A program made the position numbers and the translations under genes. From NCBI GenBank assembly GCA_964016885.1, contig OZ024741.1:222766001-222830000 (forward strand): DNA of 64,000 nucleotides, in the 5' to 3' direction. Shown piece by piece: positions 1 through 12,470 of this stretch. Position 1 is the stretch's first letter, and every line of letters starts with the position of its first letter. Under the pieces are notes generated by a model, which ran no database searches, was not told where the DNA came from, and saw only the letters and a program-made list of their open reading frames with translations. The DNA comes from Eledone cirrhosa. Taxonomy: Eukaryota.

Positions 1-1490
1 TAGTGGTGCTGGTGTTGGTAGTGGTGTTAGTGATGGTACTAGTGGTCCTGGTGTTGGTAGTGGTGTTAGTGATGGTACTAGTGGTGCTGGTGTTGGTAGT
101 GGTGTTAGTGATGGTACTAGTGGTCCTGGTGTTGGTAGTGGTGGTAGTGATGGTACTAGTGGTGCTGGTGTTGGTAGTGGTGTTAGTGATGGTACTAGTG
201 GTCCTGGTGTTGGTAGTGGTGTTAGTGATGGTACTAGTGGTGCTGGTGTTGGTAGTGGTGTTAGTGATGGTACTAGTGGTCCTGGTGTTGGTAGTGGTGG
301 TAGTGATGGTACTAGTGGTGCTGGTGTTGGTACTGGTGTTAGTGATGGTACTAGTGGTCCTGGTGTTGGTAGTGGTGGTAGTGATGGTACTAGTGGTGCT
401 GGTGTTGGTAGTGGTGGTAGTGGTACTAGTGGTGCTGGTGTTGGTAGTGGTGTTAGTGATGGTACTAGTGGTGCTGGTGTTGGTAGTGGTGTTAGTGATG
501 GTACTAGTGGTCCTGGTGTTGGTAGTGGTGTTAGTGATGGTACTAGTGGTGCTGGTGTTGGTAGTGGTGTTAGTGATGGTACTAGTGGTGCTGGTGTTGG
601 TAGTGGTGTTAGTGGTGGTACTCGTGGTGCTGGTGTTGGTAGTGGTGGTAGTGATGGTACTAGTGGTGTTGGTAGTGGTGGTAGTGGTACTAGTGGTGTT
701 GGTAGTGGTGGTAGTGGTACTAGTGGTGCTGGTGTTGGTAGTGGTGTTAGTGATGGTACTAGTGGTGCTGGTGTTGGTAGTGGTGTTAGTGGTGGTACTA
801 GTGGTGCTGGTGTTGGTAGTGGTGTTAGTGATGGTACTAGTGGTGCTGGTGTTGGTAGTGGTGTTAGTGATGGTACTAGTGGTGCTGGTGTTGGTAGTGG
901 TGTTAGTGGTGGTACTAGTGGTGCTTGTGTTGGTAGTGGTGTTAGTGATGGTACTAGTGCTGCTGGTGTTGGTACTGGTGTTAGTGATGGTACTAGTGGT
1001 GCTGGTGTTGGTAGTGGTGTTAGTGATGGTACTGGTGTTAGTTGTGGAGATGTTGGTAGTGGTACTAGTGGTGCTGGTCTTGAAAGTGGTGTTAGTGATG
1101 GTACTGGTGTTCGTTGTAAAAATGTTGGTAATGGTACTAGTGGTGCTGGTGTTGGTAATGATGTTTGTGATAGTAGTGGATAGGTTAGTATTGGTCGTGT
1201 TATAGTATTTGTTGTATTAGTAGCGGGAATGTTGGTAGTGCTACTAGTGGCACTGTTGTTGGTAGTGGTGTTTATGATAGTAGTGGCGAAGTTAGTATTG
1301 GTCGTGTTATTGTATTGGTAGTGTTGGTGGTGTTGATAGTGGCGTTTGTGATAGTAGAGGAGAGGTTAGTGGCGGTGATGTTGGTAGTGTTACTAGTGGT
1401 ACTAGTATTGGTAGTGATGTTCATGATATCAATAGTGGTGTTATTATTGGTGGTGTTAGTTATAGTGGTGTTGTTGTTGTTTAGTAAAAC
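1..1490. repeat. 39-bp minisatellite (TAGTGGTGCTGGTGTTGGTAGTGGTGTTAGTGATGGTAC) decaying into GGT/AGT/GTT low-complexity sequence
   Basis: Unit restarts at 1, 40, 79, etc.; degenerates after about 1040; runs off the window edge. Confidence 0.95.
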
Positions 1491-1777
1491 AGTGACAACT
1501 CTGGGCATGTTTAGATCTTATTTGACAACATCAGCAAAGCATAGTCTAACCGTATTGTTGTATCTTATGGATTTTAGACTGACTAGAGAATATTATTAGT
1601 ACTTTTGTTAATGAACATTGAGTTGCATAATAACTTAGAATACCGACTAGAATGGGCTATATTCTGGGATACCTTCTGCATGAAAAGCTCATAGTAAAGC
1701 GTACTCTAACATGTTTGATATTGAGAGCGAAAACATTTTAATTAATTAAAATTATACTCCCTTATTCTAGTCACCCT

Positions 1778-2142
1778 CAGGGCCGGATTAAGTCCTTTTG
1801 AGGCCCTTAGCGATTACAAGATTATGGTGCTCAGCATTGCCGGATTTAGGACAAATGAGGCCCTGTGCTAGTTAGGTTATGAGGTCCCTTACTTGGGCCC
1901 TGATTGAGGTAATTCATCGTATATTAATTTGGTAGGAAGATGGATTCCGCTGGCCAACATGGTCCCGTGCTTAAGCACACTTAAGCACAATGGTAAATTC
2001 GGCACAAGTGCCCCCCATACCCATAGATAAGGTCGGAAGAAATTTAGAACGATAAGTACATATAGTTTGAATATAATGGAGCCCCTCGTCCCATGATACG
2101 CTAAACATAAGTTTATTTTGTTCAATGATTAATCCTGCCTTG
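1778..2142. mobile_element. hAT-like MITE with a second hAT-like MITE nested at 1835-2007
   Basis: Outer TIRs CAGGGCCGGATTAA / TTAATCCTGCCTTG. Inner TIRs CATTGCCGGATTTA / TAAATTCGGCACAA. The inner element has a second copy at 17028-17207. Confidence 0.7.
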
Positions 2143-2339
2143 CTCACATCACTATCATTGGTAACATTACGTATGTATGCATGCATGCATGTGTGTATGT
2201 ATTTATGTATGTATGTATATATGTATTTATGCATGTATTTATGTATGTATGAATGTATGTATGCCCCAGCATGGCCGCGGACTAATGGCTGAAACCTGGT
2301 AAAAAAACATAAGAAATACTGTATAATGTTGTTTTATGT

Positions 2340-2375
<36 letters not shown>

Positions 2376-2393
2376 TATATATATATATATATA

Positions 2394-2442
<49 letters not shown>

Positions 2443-2478
2443 TTATTTATATATACATACATACATATATATGTATAT

Positions 2479-2535
<57 letters not shown>

Positions 2536-2552
2536 CGCGCGTGTGTGCGTGC

Positions 2553-2662
<110 letters not shown>

Positions 2663-2811
2663 CCCACCCTTGCAAGCAGGGAAAAGCGGACGTAAAATGA
2701 TGATGATGATGATGATGATGATGATATATATATATATATACATACTTACATATATGTATATATATATATGTATGTATGTATGTATATATATATATATATT
2801 AGACTCTATAC

Positions 2812-2949
2812 AATCGTCTACGAAATATTCTATATTGTAGTTTATATTTGTAGTCTTTATTAATTACTGAAGGTGGTAAATAACAGTCAAAATTGTAATT
2901 TATCTTTACGAGAGAACACTTCTTACAAGTCATTGCACTTTCCCATCTT
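2812..2949 (-). CDS. Candidate exon F of an unidentified host gene (RWESAMTCKKCSLVKINYNFDCYLPPSVINKDYKYKLQYRIFRRR)
   Basis: 138-nt stop-free unique island between (TA)n tracts; AATCTAG| acceptor and |GTATAG donor-like site; phase 2 to 2. Confidence 0.4.
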
Positions 2950-2974
2950 CTAGATTGGGGAGGAGTATATTTAC

Positions 2975-3052
<78 letters not shown>

Positions 3053-3250
3053 ATACACGTATATAAATACATACATACCCACACATACTTACATACATAC
3101 ATACACGTATACATACTTGCATACATACATACAAACTTATATATATACATACTTACATACACGTATACATACATACATACACACATACATACATATGTAC
3201 ATATATACATATATATATATATACATACATACACATACATACTTATATAC

Positions 3251-3854
3251 ATGATGGCTGCCCCCTCGTTATCTACCTCGTTATATACCATTATTAATAA
3301 TAATTAATTAATTCTATCGTGCAATGCCTGTGCGTGAAGATATTTTTTAAAGTGAGGAAAGACTGTGCACTGAGCCAATCCCACTCTCTGAGCGACAGTA
3401 GCTATAACCCGAAAAGAAGAAAAGATCAACATCATCGGTAACTACTGAGCCGCAGGTTTTATATCGGAGTTATCCCAGTTTCCTGAGTTGCCTTCTCCTA
3501 GAAGAATGTCCTGAGAAAGGCTAGGGGTCCTTCATTCCCAGTGGTTTAACCGCGTGATCGGGTGTCTAGCCCGACTATTTCTATGTCCCCGCGCATATAC
3601 ATACACATGCACCCATGCATATACACATATACACACACATGTACATGTGTATATACATATTTACACACTTTTGGATGGCCTTATGAGTTCTTCTGCCCTT
3701 TGTCAGGTTTTGTTTTTTGTCCTGCAGGGTGTCCAAAATCACCTTCCTCACCAAGTAAACTTGGTGGGGTTGCCGGTTTAGTCGCCGACGACCCGACCAC
3801 GAGACAGGTTGTACTGGGTTACATGTTACCAGTAGCACTCGTGAGTGACCCGAC
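3251..3854 (-). mobile_element. Non-autonomous RTE-derived element (5' UTR plus 3' terminus), interrupted by microsatellites
   Basis: 5' part is similar to 5020-5210; contains CTAGGAGAAGGCAACTC; its 3' end GATAACGAGGGGGCAGCCATCAT is shared with 3871-3900. Confidence 0.6.
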
Positions 3855-3870
3855 ATATATACATACATAC

Positions 3871-3971
3871 ATGATGATGGCTGCCCCCTCGTTATCGAGT
3901 ATGGCCATTGCACGAGGAAAAAAAAAATATTATAATAATAATAAAGAATAAAATGAAAATAAAAAAAAGGA

Positions 3972-4002
<31 letters not shown>

Positions 4003-4603
4003 TATACATATATACACACACATATATACACACACACACATATACATTAATAACAATAATAATAATAATAATAACAACAATAATAATAACGACAACAACA
4101 ATAATCATATACATATACATATGTATATACACATACACGCACTCACATAAACATATCTATACACACACACGATAGCAACTAACAGCGCTGCGATCGAATG
4201 TGGCTTTTTAGCCCAGCCAATGATCTAAAATGTCTTGCACAGAGTCGGCAACCAAAACATTTACTGGGAATAGTCGGCTGTGGTTGGAGTTCATGTACTT
4301 TTGAGCCCTCCTGCTGATTTACATTCTCTACCACATGTTTGGCAAGCATGATGAGTAGCATCTCCAACAGCAGCCTGGTAGTCAACCACTGGTCTTACTT
4401 TATGACTGCGAAGATGACTTTCGAGTCCAGCTTTGCTTAGGCAGTGTCCCGCACAGACGCTGCATGTCAGCACCATAGGAGGACCCTCGCCGTCTGGAAG
4501 TGCAACAGCAATGCCCTTCCTCACATCCCGCTTTACTTTCTCGTATGCGAATCGAGATGCCTCAAAGGCAACTTATCCCTCATATACAGTCTTTCTCCAT
4601 TTA
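3871..4603 (-). mobile_element. RTE-clade LINE 3' fragment with three C2H2 zinc fingers
   Basis: Translates KWRKTVYEG..AFEASRFAYEKVKREMRK, then CSVCAGHCLSKAGLESHLRSH, CQTCGRECKSAGGLKS and CRLCARHFRSLAGLKSHIR. 3' terminus at 3871-3917. Confidence 0.75.
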
Positions 4604-4611
4604 TTACATAC

Positions 4612-5210
4612 ATGATGGTGCCAACTCGTTTTCGAGTACGGCCACTACTTTATATCCATGTAGGAGAACCCCTACCGATGGGCTGAACGAGTGTGACTTT
4701 TTAGTCCAGCCAGCGACTTGAAAACTCTGGTACAAACTTGTGACAATTATTGACACAAAGTACTGGGCCCATGGTACCATGTGACGACAAGTGCAGAGAG
4801 ATCTCCAGATATAAAGCAATACCTGTGCCGTGAAGCTTTTATAGTGAGCAAAGGCACTGCACAAAGCCAGTCCCACTCTCTTAACCAAGATGATATTTAC
4901 CAAAAAGAAAAACAAGTCAACATCATTGGATACCATCAGGGTTGCAGGTGTTATATCAGAGTTTTCCTTCTCCTAGAATTCTGCCTTGACAAAGGCTAAG
5001 GGGTCATCTCTCCCGGTGATTTTGGATGGCCATTGACTCTTAAGAGCTCCTTTGCCCTTTGACAGGTTTTGTTTTTAGTCCTGCAGGATGTCCAAAGTCA
5101 CCCTCCTCACCAAGAAACCTTGGGGTTGCCAGTTTAGTCGCCAACGACCCGACCATGGGACAGGTTGTACTGGGATACATGTTACCAGTAGCACCAACTG
5201 GTGACCTGAC
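4612..5210 (-). mobile_element. Internally deleted (bipartite) RTE derivative: 5' UTR, last zinc finger and 3' UTR
   Basis: CTAGGAGAAGGAAAACTCTGA 5'-UTR-type motif; QVCTRVFKSLAGLKSHTR remnant at about 4690-4745; 3' end GCCGTACTCGAAAACGAGTTGGCACCATCAT; TACA repeats on both flanks. Confidence 0.65.
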
Positions 5211-5243
5211 ATACATACATACATACATACATACATACATACA

Positions 5244-5279
<36 letters not shown>

Positions 5280-5416
5280 TACATACACACACATACATAC
5301 ATACATATATATATACATATACACACACACACATACATACATTCACACATACATACACACATGCATACATACATATGTCCATGAGTGTGTGTGTGTGTGT
5401 TCGCGCGCGCGTGTGC

Positions 5417-5477
<61 letters not shown>

Positions 5478-5710
5478 CTAGGAAACTCAGACGCATAATA
5501 TAGTCGTTTGCTATAAATAATAGCTTTAAAATTTGGGTAAAATACGCCCACAAACAAACATATATATATACATGTGTGCATTAATGTATGTATGTATGTA
5601 TCTATGTATGTATGTATGTATGTATGTATGTATGTATGTATGTATGTATGTATGTATGTGTGTGTCTATGTGTGTATGTATGTATATGTGTATGTATGTG
5701 TGTGTGTATG

Positions 5711-7298
5711 TTCTTCTGGTTTTATAATTTCACAAATGTTTTACCAATAGAGAGAGTCGGTTTCTAACATAGACACAAGACTCTCTCATTGGAATTTACA
5801 CATCAACTAGGTAGATATGTATGTATGTGTAGATATGGATGTTATTGTATGTGTGGATGTGGATGTTTTGAGTTGTATGTGTGCATGTGTATATGCAGTT
5901 ATTAGATGCAACATTTTTGGAATGTTTTACATATTTTTACTGTTCCATTAATGGATTGTACTTGTAATTTCCTAACTAGTTGTGTTCTTTCTGTTCCGGT
6001 GAAGCCTAGCTTCTCAAGATTTGTATTGAGGCAGTTACTAACATACCCCAGTGCCCCAATAATCACAGGCATAAATCTCAAGGTGTAATCAGGGTGGAGT
6101 ATCTGCAGATTTCTCATCAGTTCTGCATAAATATTCTCCTTTTCGCTACTCTTTGATATTATATTGGCATCTGCTGGGCAGCTAATTTTCACTACTGCAT
6201 GCTTTCTTTTCCCTGCCCCATATCATAATATTTGGTATGTTATGCCTGCATTTTATTGGGGTTTTTACTGGAACATTCCACCAGTACTCTTTCATATTAT
6301 GTACATGGATGTCTTCCACATTGCTGTAGCTTTTAATGTGTATATTATCGGGGTATCTTTTCTACGGATTGCATTGTACTGTGTTTTGGCCACTACATCA
6401 TGCCTCATAGGTAGATAGTACCGCGATGAAATCTTTGGACAGCTGCTGATGACATGGGTGATATCCTCGATGTTAGTTCTGCAGAGTCTGCACGTGTTAT
6501 TACATCTAGGTGTTTTGCCTGCATCCCTATCTCTTTTGTGAATCGGGTATTTCGTGTTAATTTCCTGTTCTTGGATTGCAAAAGCGTATCCTTCAAAGTG
6601 GGAGCCGATATAGCAGTTGTTGGTCCAAGATAGACTACTTTCCTTATCTATATTACTCTCACTCTGGAGATTCCTGGCAAAATATCCATGCATAATTTTT
6701 TGCTGATAGGCATGCAGTTTTCATCCATGGATTCACTGCGATACTGCTGACTGACTTCCTTGGGTGTGAGTTTTTGATTATCACAGATGGGAATATCTCT
6801 CGATGAGTTCCTTCCCAACTCTCATGATCTTACCTGTTTCATGCAGATAGACTTGCTCGAGAAACGGGCTCCTACGCTTCGAGGTTCGTAGATGTTGTCG
6901 GAGGGATATGATGCGACATTCAAATGCTGTCTGGACTGATGTTAGGCCTCTGCCTCCCTGCTTACGTTTCAAGTAAAGGCTTCTATGTCACTCTTGATGT
7001 CGAAGTTTCCGGTGTTGTTTAGTATTTTTCGAGTTCCAACATCAACTGCTCGGATTTCGTCTATCGTCCAATTGAGTATTCTAAACGTTGGTGTTAGGAC
7101 AGGCACAGCAAACACATTGTGAGCCACTGATTTGTTTTGGGCAGAGAGTTCCGATGACCAAATCTTTCTTAATCGGGTATAGTATTCCCTGGTTACGCGT
7201 TCCTTATTACAGATACCATTATAGGATATGTTCTCATCTATCCCCAGGTATCTGTAGCAGTCCTCATCAGATATCGGTGAAACAGTTAGGCCATTGAT
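5711..7298 (-). mobile_element. 5'-truncated R4/Dong-like non-LTR retrotransposon (RT C-terminus, CCHC finger, restriction-like endonuclease), disrupted
   Basis: YRYLGIDE, RKQGGRGL, HFEGYAFAIQEQEINTKY, CRLCRTNIEDITHVISSC..RHD, ISCPAD..EK..Y, PVIIGALG. Confidence 0.9.
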
Positions 7299-7307
7299 GT
7301 ATGTATG

Positions 7308-7566
7308 TTCTTGTGGTTTTATAATTTCACAAATCTTTTCCCAATAGAGAGTGAGTCGGTTTCTAACATAGACGCAAGACTTTCTCATTGGAATTTACAC
7401 AACATCAACTAGGTAGATATGTATGTATGTCTGCATGCAAGCATGTGTAGATATGGATGTTATTGTATGTGTGGATGTGGATGTTTTGAGTTGTATGTGT
7501 GCATGTGTATATGCTTTGTATCTGTACATGTGTGTATGCAGTTATTAGATGCAACATTTTTGGAAT
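7308..7566 (-). mobile_element. R4/Dong-like 3' end, second copy
   Basis: Similar to 5711-5922 (3' UTR and ORF end); flanked by (ATGT)n. Confidence 0.85.
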
Positions 7567-7601
7567 GTATGTATGTATGTATGTATATATATATATGTAT
7601 G

Positions 7602-8209
7602 TTCTTCTAGTTTCATAATTTCACAATTTTTTGCCAATAGAGAGAGAGTCGGTTTCTAACATAGTTACAAAACTCTCTCATTGGAATTTACACATCAACT
7701 AGATAAATATATATGCATGTCTGCCTGCATGCATGTGTGTGCAGGTATGGATGTTATTGTATGTGTGGAGGGGTATGTTTTGAGTTATATATATGCATGC
7801 GTATATGCTTTGTATCTGTACATGTGCACATGAAGTTATTAGATGCAGAATTTTTGGAATGTTTTACATATTTTTACTGTTCCATTAATGGATTGTATTT
7901 GTAATTTCCTAACTAGTCGTGTTCTTTCTGTTTCTGTGAAGCCCAGCTTCTCAAGATTTGTATTGAGGCAGTTACTAACATACCCCAGTGCCCCAATAAT
8001 CACAGACATAAATCTGAATGTATAATCAGGGTGGAGTATCTATAGATTTCTCATTAGTTCTGCATAGATATTCTCCTTTTCGCTAATCTTTGATATTATA
8101 TTGGCATCTGCTGGACAGCTAACTTCCACTACTAAGCATGCCTTCTTTTCCCTGTTTGCATTTTATTGGGGGTTTGACTGGAACATTCCACCAGTACTCT
8201 TTCATATTA
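7602..8209 (-). mobile_element. R4/Dong-like 3' fragment, third copy
   Basis: Similar to 5711-6300 including RLE-domain codons; flanked by (ATGT)n. Confidence 0.85.
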
Positions 8210-8471
8210 TGTATGTATGTATGTATGTATGTATGTATGTATGTATGTATGTATGTATGTATGTATGTATGTATGTATTATGTATGTATGTATGTATGTA
8301 TGTATGTATGTATGTATGTATGTATGTATGTATCTCAGCCTACCCTCGTATATATACGTAAATGTGCGTGTATCAAAAAATACTTTAAATATACAAATAA
8401 ACACATACACATACATACAGATACACACATACATGTATATGTATGAAAGAGAGGGGGAAGAGAGATCGAGT

Positions 8472-8531
<60 letters not shown>

Positions 8532-9057
8532 TATTCAGAGACCTCGAATAAGGAATTTAATTTCGATATCAGAAGCTTTGTGGAGATACGTTCTTTTAAT
8601 TATTGAAAGAAACATACGCACATTTAAAATATCATAGGCCTACAATACCTGTAGCAAAATGAAATTGTATGTAATTCAATTTTCTTAAATCTACATTTTA
8701 TATATGAAAAACTCCTTTTAACAAAGTTATATGGGATTCAATAAAAATATAAACTCACTTTCTTTAGGTTATGCAAGTAAAGACAATAAAATATCTACAT
8801 GGTAGTATTGATTCTGATGGATTTCTATTTTGATAAGATTACTGAGCTTCTAACTTTCACACTTCGTTTAAAATGTAGACTGTTTTCTGAAATTCGCATT
8901 AAAGCACAGGTTTCTTTATTAATTACTGAAGGTGGGAAATAATACCTTTGTAGTTGAAATCATTTATGGTGAAGGTTTCTTCTTCGTTATCTGAAGATGA
9001 TTGTTGCAAATTATTAATTCCTTAAGGTCAACAAGTATGCATGTTTAGAGTGGACAT

Positions 9058-9162
9058 GGTTTGAAGGGTAACCAAGAATGTTGTCCAAAAGTAGAAGTGC
9101 CTCGTGTTGGAAATTATTTTTCTCGGAGTAACGTTTGACTGCAGAATATAAATGTTCAACGA
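9058..9162 (-). pseudogene. pogo/Tigger DDE transposase remnant
   Basis: Translates VEHLYSAVKRYSEKNNFQHEALLLLDNILGYPSN, matching the pogo LLLLDNAPGHP-type motif. Confidence 0.55.
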
Positions 9163-9329
9163 ACTATTCAATAAACAATACCTTGTGTAATCTAAGTTTA
9201 TCTGTTAAATTTCCATATAACAGGCAAACTAGAATTAGATTAACCTTTCACTGATCTTAGAGTATCGGTGATAAGCAATTACTTACTTGAGTTTCTAGTC
9301 TTCAGTGATATTTGCTCTAAACTGCAACG

Positions 9330-9905
9330 TTAGAAGTTCGGATGGAATGCTTTGCCATATTCGTTCCGGGTCTCTGCGCTCCGAGTTAAAAAACCGCCGA
9401 AGCCAACTTTACCGTTCAGCCTTATGATCTCGATAAAACAATACCAATCCAGGACTGGGGTCGATTCTTCCCTTCTTTCTCTCTTCCCTCTGGAAAAAAA
9501 TGGCTGCATTTAGACTCGGGGGGGGGGGGGTACATACATACACAATGTGTGACACTCTTTTGATGGTTTATATTGCTGCCTCCTTTGACAAGTACGATAT
9601 TTTATAGACCCTGGAAGGATGAAAAGCAAAGTCGGCCTTGGTGAGATTTGAACTCAGTGCGTAAAAAGCTTGAACAAATGCCACAAAGCATCAGACGCTC
9701 TAACAATTCTGTTAATCCACCACCTTTAATACTGAATTCTGATTTAGGTACAAAATCAGCAGTTTTAGAGAAGGGTAAGGTTGATCATAATGACCCTTGA
9801 TTGGTAATTTAATTATGAAAGGCAAAGTTAACCTCGATGGGATTTGAACTCAGATCGCAGAGAGCCAGAACGAATACCACGAAGTATTCTAACTGATGTT
9901 CTAAC
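9330..9905. mobile_element. Cluster of three degenerate tRNA-derived SINEs (9330-9465 +; 9590-9726 -; about 9740-9905 -)
   Basis: GATTTGAACTCAG B-box remnants and GAAAGGCAAAGT body motif, as in the younger SINE copies. Confidence 0.7.
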
Positions 9906-9923
9906 GTTGTAGTGTGTGTGTGT

Positions 9924-10055
<132 letters not shown>

Positions 10056-10745
10056 CGCGCGTGTGCGTGTGTGTTTGTGTGTTTGTGTGCAAAAGCAGAA
10101 TTGAGTTGAAATTAAAGAAAGTTCCCCATAGCAAATAAATATTCAATATAGAAATAATTGCCTTCTCAGAACTCGAAAGGTTTTAAGTGAATCATGGCTG
10201 TAATTATGTGTGTGTGTGTATGTGTGTATGTATGTGTGCTGGTGTGTGTGTGTTCGTGTTTGTATGTGCATGTGTGCATGCGTGTGTGGTGTTCATAGTC
10301 TTAGATAATACATGCTTATCCATTTGGTCATTAAACATAGATTTAGTGTTTCCAAACAACCTGAAAAAATTGATACGAGAAGTGAAAATGTTGTTAATGC
10401 AGGAAGCTATGGTTTCATGGTTCAATTCTCGTCTACCGCTGTAAAAATAACATTAAAACAGTGTTTAATCAATATCAACCTATGAATAGGTTTCTAAGAT
10501 GGCTGACTAACTACACACCCGTTTTCTTCCTGCTAAACATGTTCACCGCTTTCTTATTCTCACCTATATTTATATTTCTTCTCTCTCTCATTCTATCTTC
10601 CGCTGGAGGACTAACATCCGAAACGTTAACCCCCTTTTCCTACTATTTCAAGCGTTAAACTTATATTATCACCATTATACTTTGTTATTTTTCCATGTTG
10701 TTTTTCCTTAAGCAGACGATATATAATCATCTCAATGGACAGTGA

Positions 10746-10890
10746 AGGCGCATGGCTTAGTGGTTAGAGCATTGGGCTTGCAATCGAAAGGTTGTGAGTT
10801 CGATTCTCGGACCGGGTGATGTGTTGTGTCCCTGAGCAAGACACTTTATTTCACGTTGCTCCAGTTTACTCAGCTGTAGAAATGAGTTGC
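10746..10890 (+). mobile_element. tRNA-headed SINE with CORE-like body
   Basis: A box TGGCTTAGTGG and B box GAGTTCGATTC, then GTGTCCCTGAGCAAGACACTTTATTTCAC...CAGCTGTAGAAATGAG. Confidence 0.75.
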
Positions 10891-11249
10891 GATCCTGCCA
10901 AATCAATGGGTATCAGTGGTTCCAGCTGCACGCATCGAAACAATGGTGTAGTGGTTCTGAGAACAATGTGGCTTTGCAGATGATCAATGGAAATTGACAA
11001 TGGAAAGGCACTCCCGCTCGAGTTAGAAGAGAACTATTGACCTTCAGGAGAAGCAGTGACCCCTGATTGTATTCAGCAACCGAAACAAATATGAAGTACA
11101 CCAAATCCAATGCTCCTAAGGGCGGCCCTGGTTCTTCTTATTTGCGAGGAGTAAACTCGGCCAGGTTAGATTAGATCAATGGACAGAGCGTCAAATGTTA
11201 ATATACCTGAGGTAACCAACCAAGATGGTCTGTTAGATATTGCCAACAG

Positions 11250-11299
<50 letters not shown>

Positions 11300-11311
11300 C
11301 TATGAATTAGA

Positions 11312-11440
11312 AGGCATGGCGACGAATTGGCAGAGTCGTTAGACTGTTATATAGAATGATTTTCTTTCCGTTCAAATCTTGCGGAAATCAATTTTGCCTT
11401 TCATCCTTTCGAGATCGATTAAAAAAGTACATATCTAGTA

Positions 11441-11486
<46 letters not shown>

Positions 11487-11750
11487 CTGTATGGCTGACT
11501 TATTAATAAGTTCACTTCACAATCATTAGGTCAGGGTTTCAATCCAACTGCATAGTATCTTGAGCAAGTATCACCTACCATAGCCTCAACTCAACCATTG
11601 TCTTGTGAATAGAATTGGGTAGATAGAAACTATTTGGGATTCTATCAGATGGACTCTACCTGCTTTTCGTTCCGTTCTAATCCCGCCGAAATCAACTTTG
11701 CTTTTCATCCTCTCGAGATCGATAAAAAAATTACGTCTAGTACCGGGTCG
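11312..11750 (+). mobile_element. Degenerate SINE fragments
   Basis: GTTCAAATC..TTTGCCTTTCATCC..GATCGAT motifs at about 11370 and 11675; CORE-like CTTGAGCAAGT at about 11560. Confidence 0.55.
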
Positions 11751-11752
11751 AT

Positions 11753-11820
<68 letters not shown>

Positions 11821-12415
11821 GAAGAAATTGGTTATGCTTGAACTTGAAGAAGGGTTGGGCTCCGCTAAGTTTAAAAAACACCGAAGACACGTCGTATGCC
11901 ATAACGGTGTCCTTATCACTCCATCGGGAGTTACGGTTTCATACATACCAAATCGAAACTTATTTTCATCCGGTAAAAAGTATTTTATATAATCCAGTCT
12001 GAATATCGTTAAGTTGTTGAGTAATAAGTGTTAGTCTTACACTTAGAACGGTAAAAAAAAATGCATCAGATTCTGACTGTATGGGGTACAGCATAATTGT
12101 AGGAAAATATATTCAAACATACACATCTGAGTTTTCTATGTCAACAGGTCTTTACTTGAGAGCACTATGTTGTAACTATCTATATCTGTCAGCCTGCTTG
12201 TCTATCGATGAATATATGTATGTATGTACACACATACATACATATATATATTTTTTTTTTTTTTTTTTTTTTAGTATGTGTTGGTTGTATACCAACACCT
12301 CAGTATGCAGATTGGAGCACTCGACGAAGTGCGCAGGTTGGTTTGGTTACTCCGGAGTAATGTAAAATAAAATAAAATAAATAAGTCAAATGTTTAAAAT
12401 TTGGCTTCGTTTATT

Positions 12416-12470
12416 ACTGCTATATATATTTCGGTGACAGCCATCTTTGGCTGTGACCTCTTCAGGCAGT
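12416..12470 (-). ncRNA. Minimal type-I hammerhead ribozyme
   Basis: actgc-CTGAAGA-ggtcacagcca aaga tggctgtcacc-GAAA-tatat-ATA-gcagt: 5-bp stem I, long stem II, minimal stem III with palindromic loop. Confidence 0.75.

Noticed and set aside
3-1205. 400-aa Val/Leu ORF
   Set aside because: It is the translation of a 39-bp minisatellite.
4179-4524. Host C2H2 zinc-finger gene
   Set aside because: The fingers follow an RTE C-terminal motif, lack TGEKP linkers, are frameshifted, and lead to an RTE 3' terminus.
10746-10820. tRNA gene (also SINE heads elsewhere and 39688-39755)
   Set aside because: A/B boxes are present but there is no complete cloverleaf; at 10746 the sequence continues into a SINE body.
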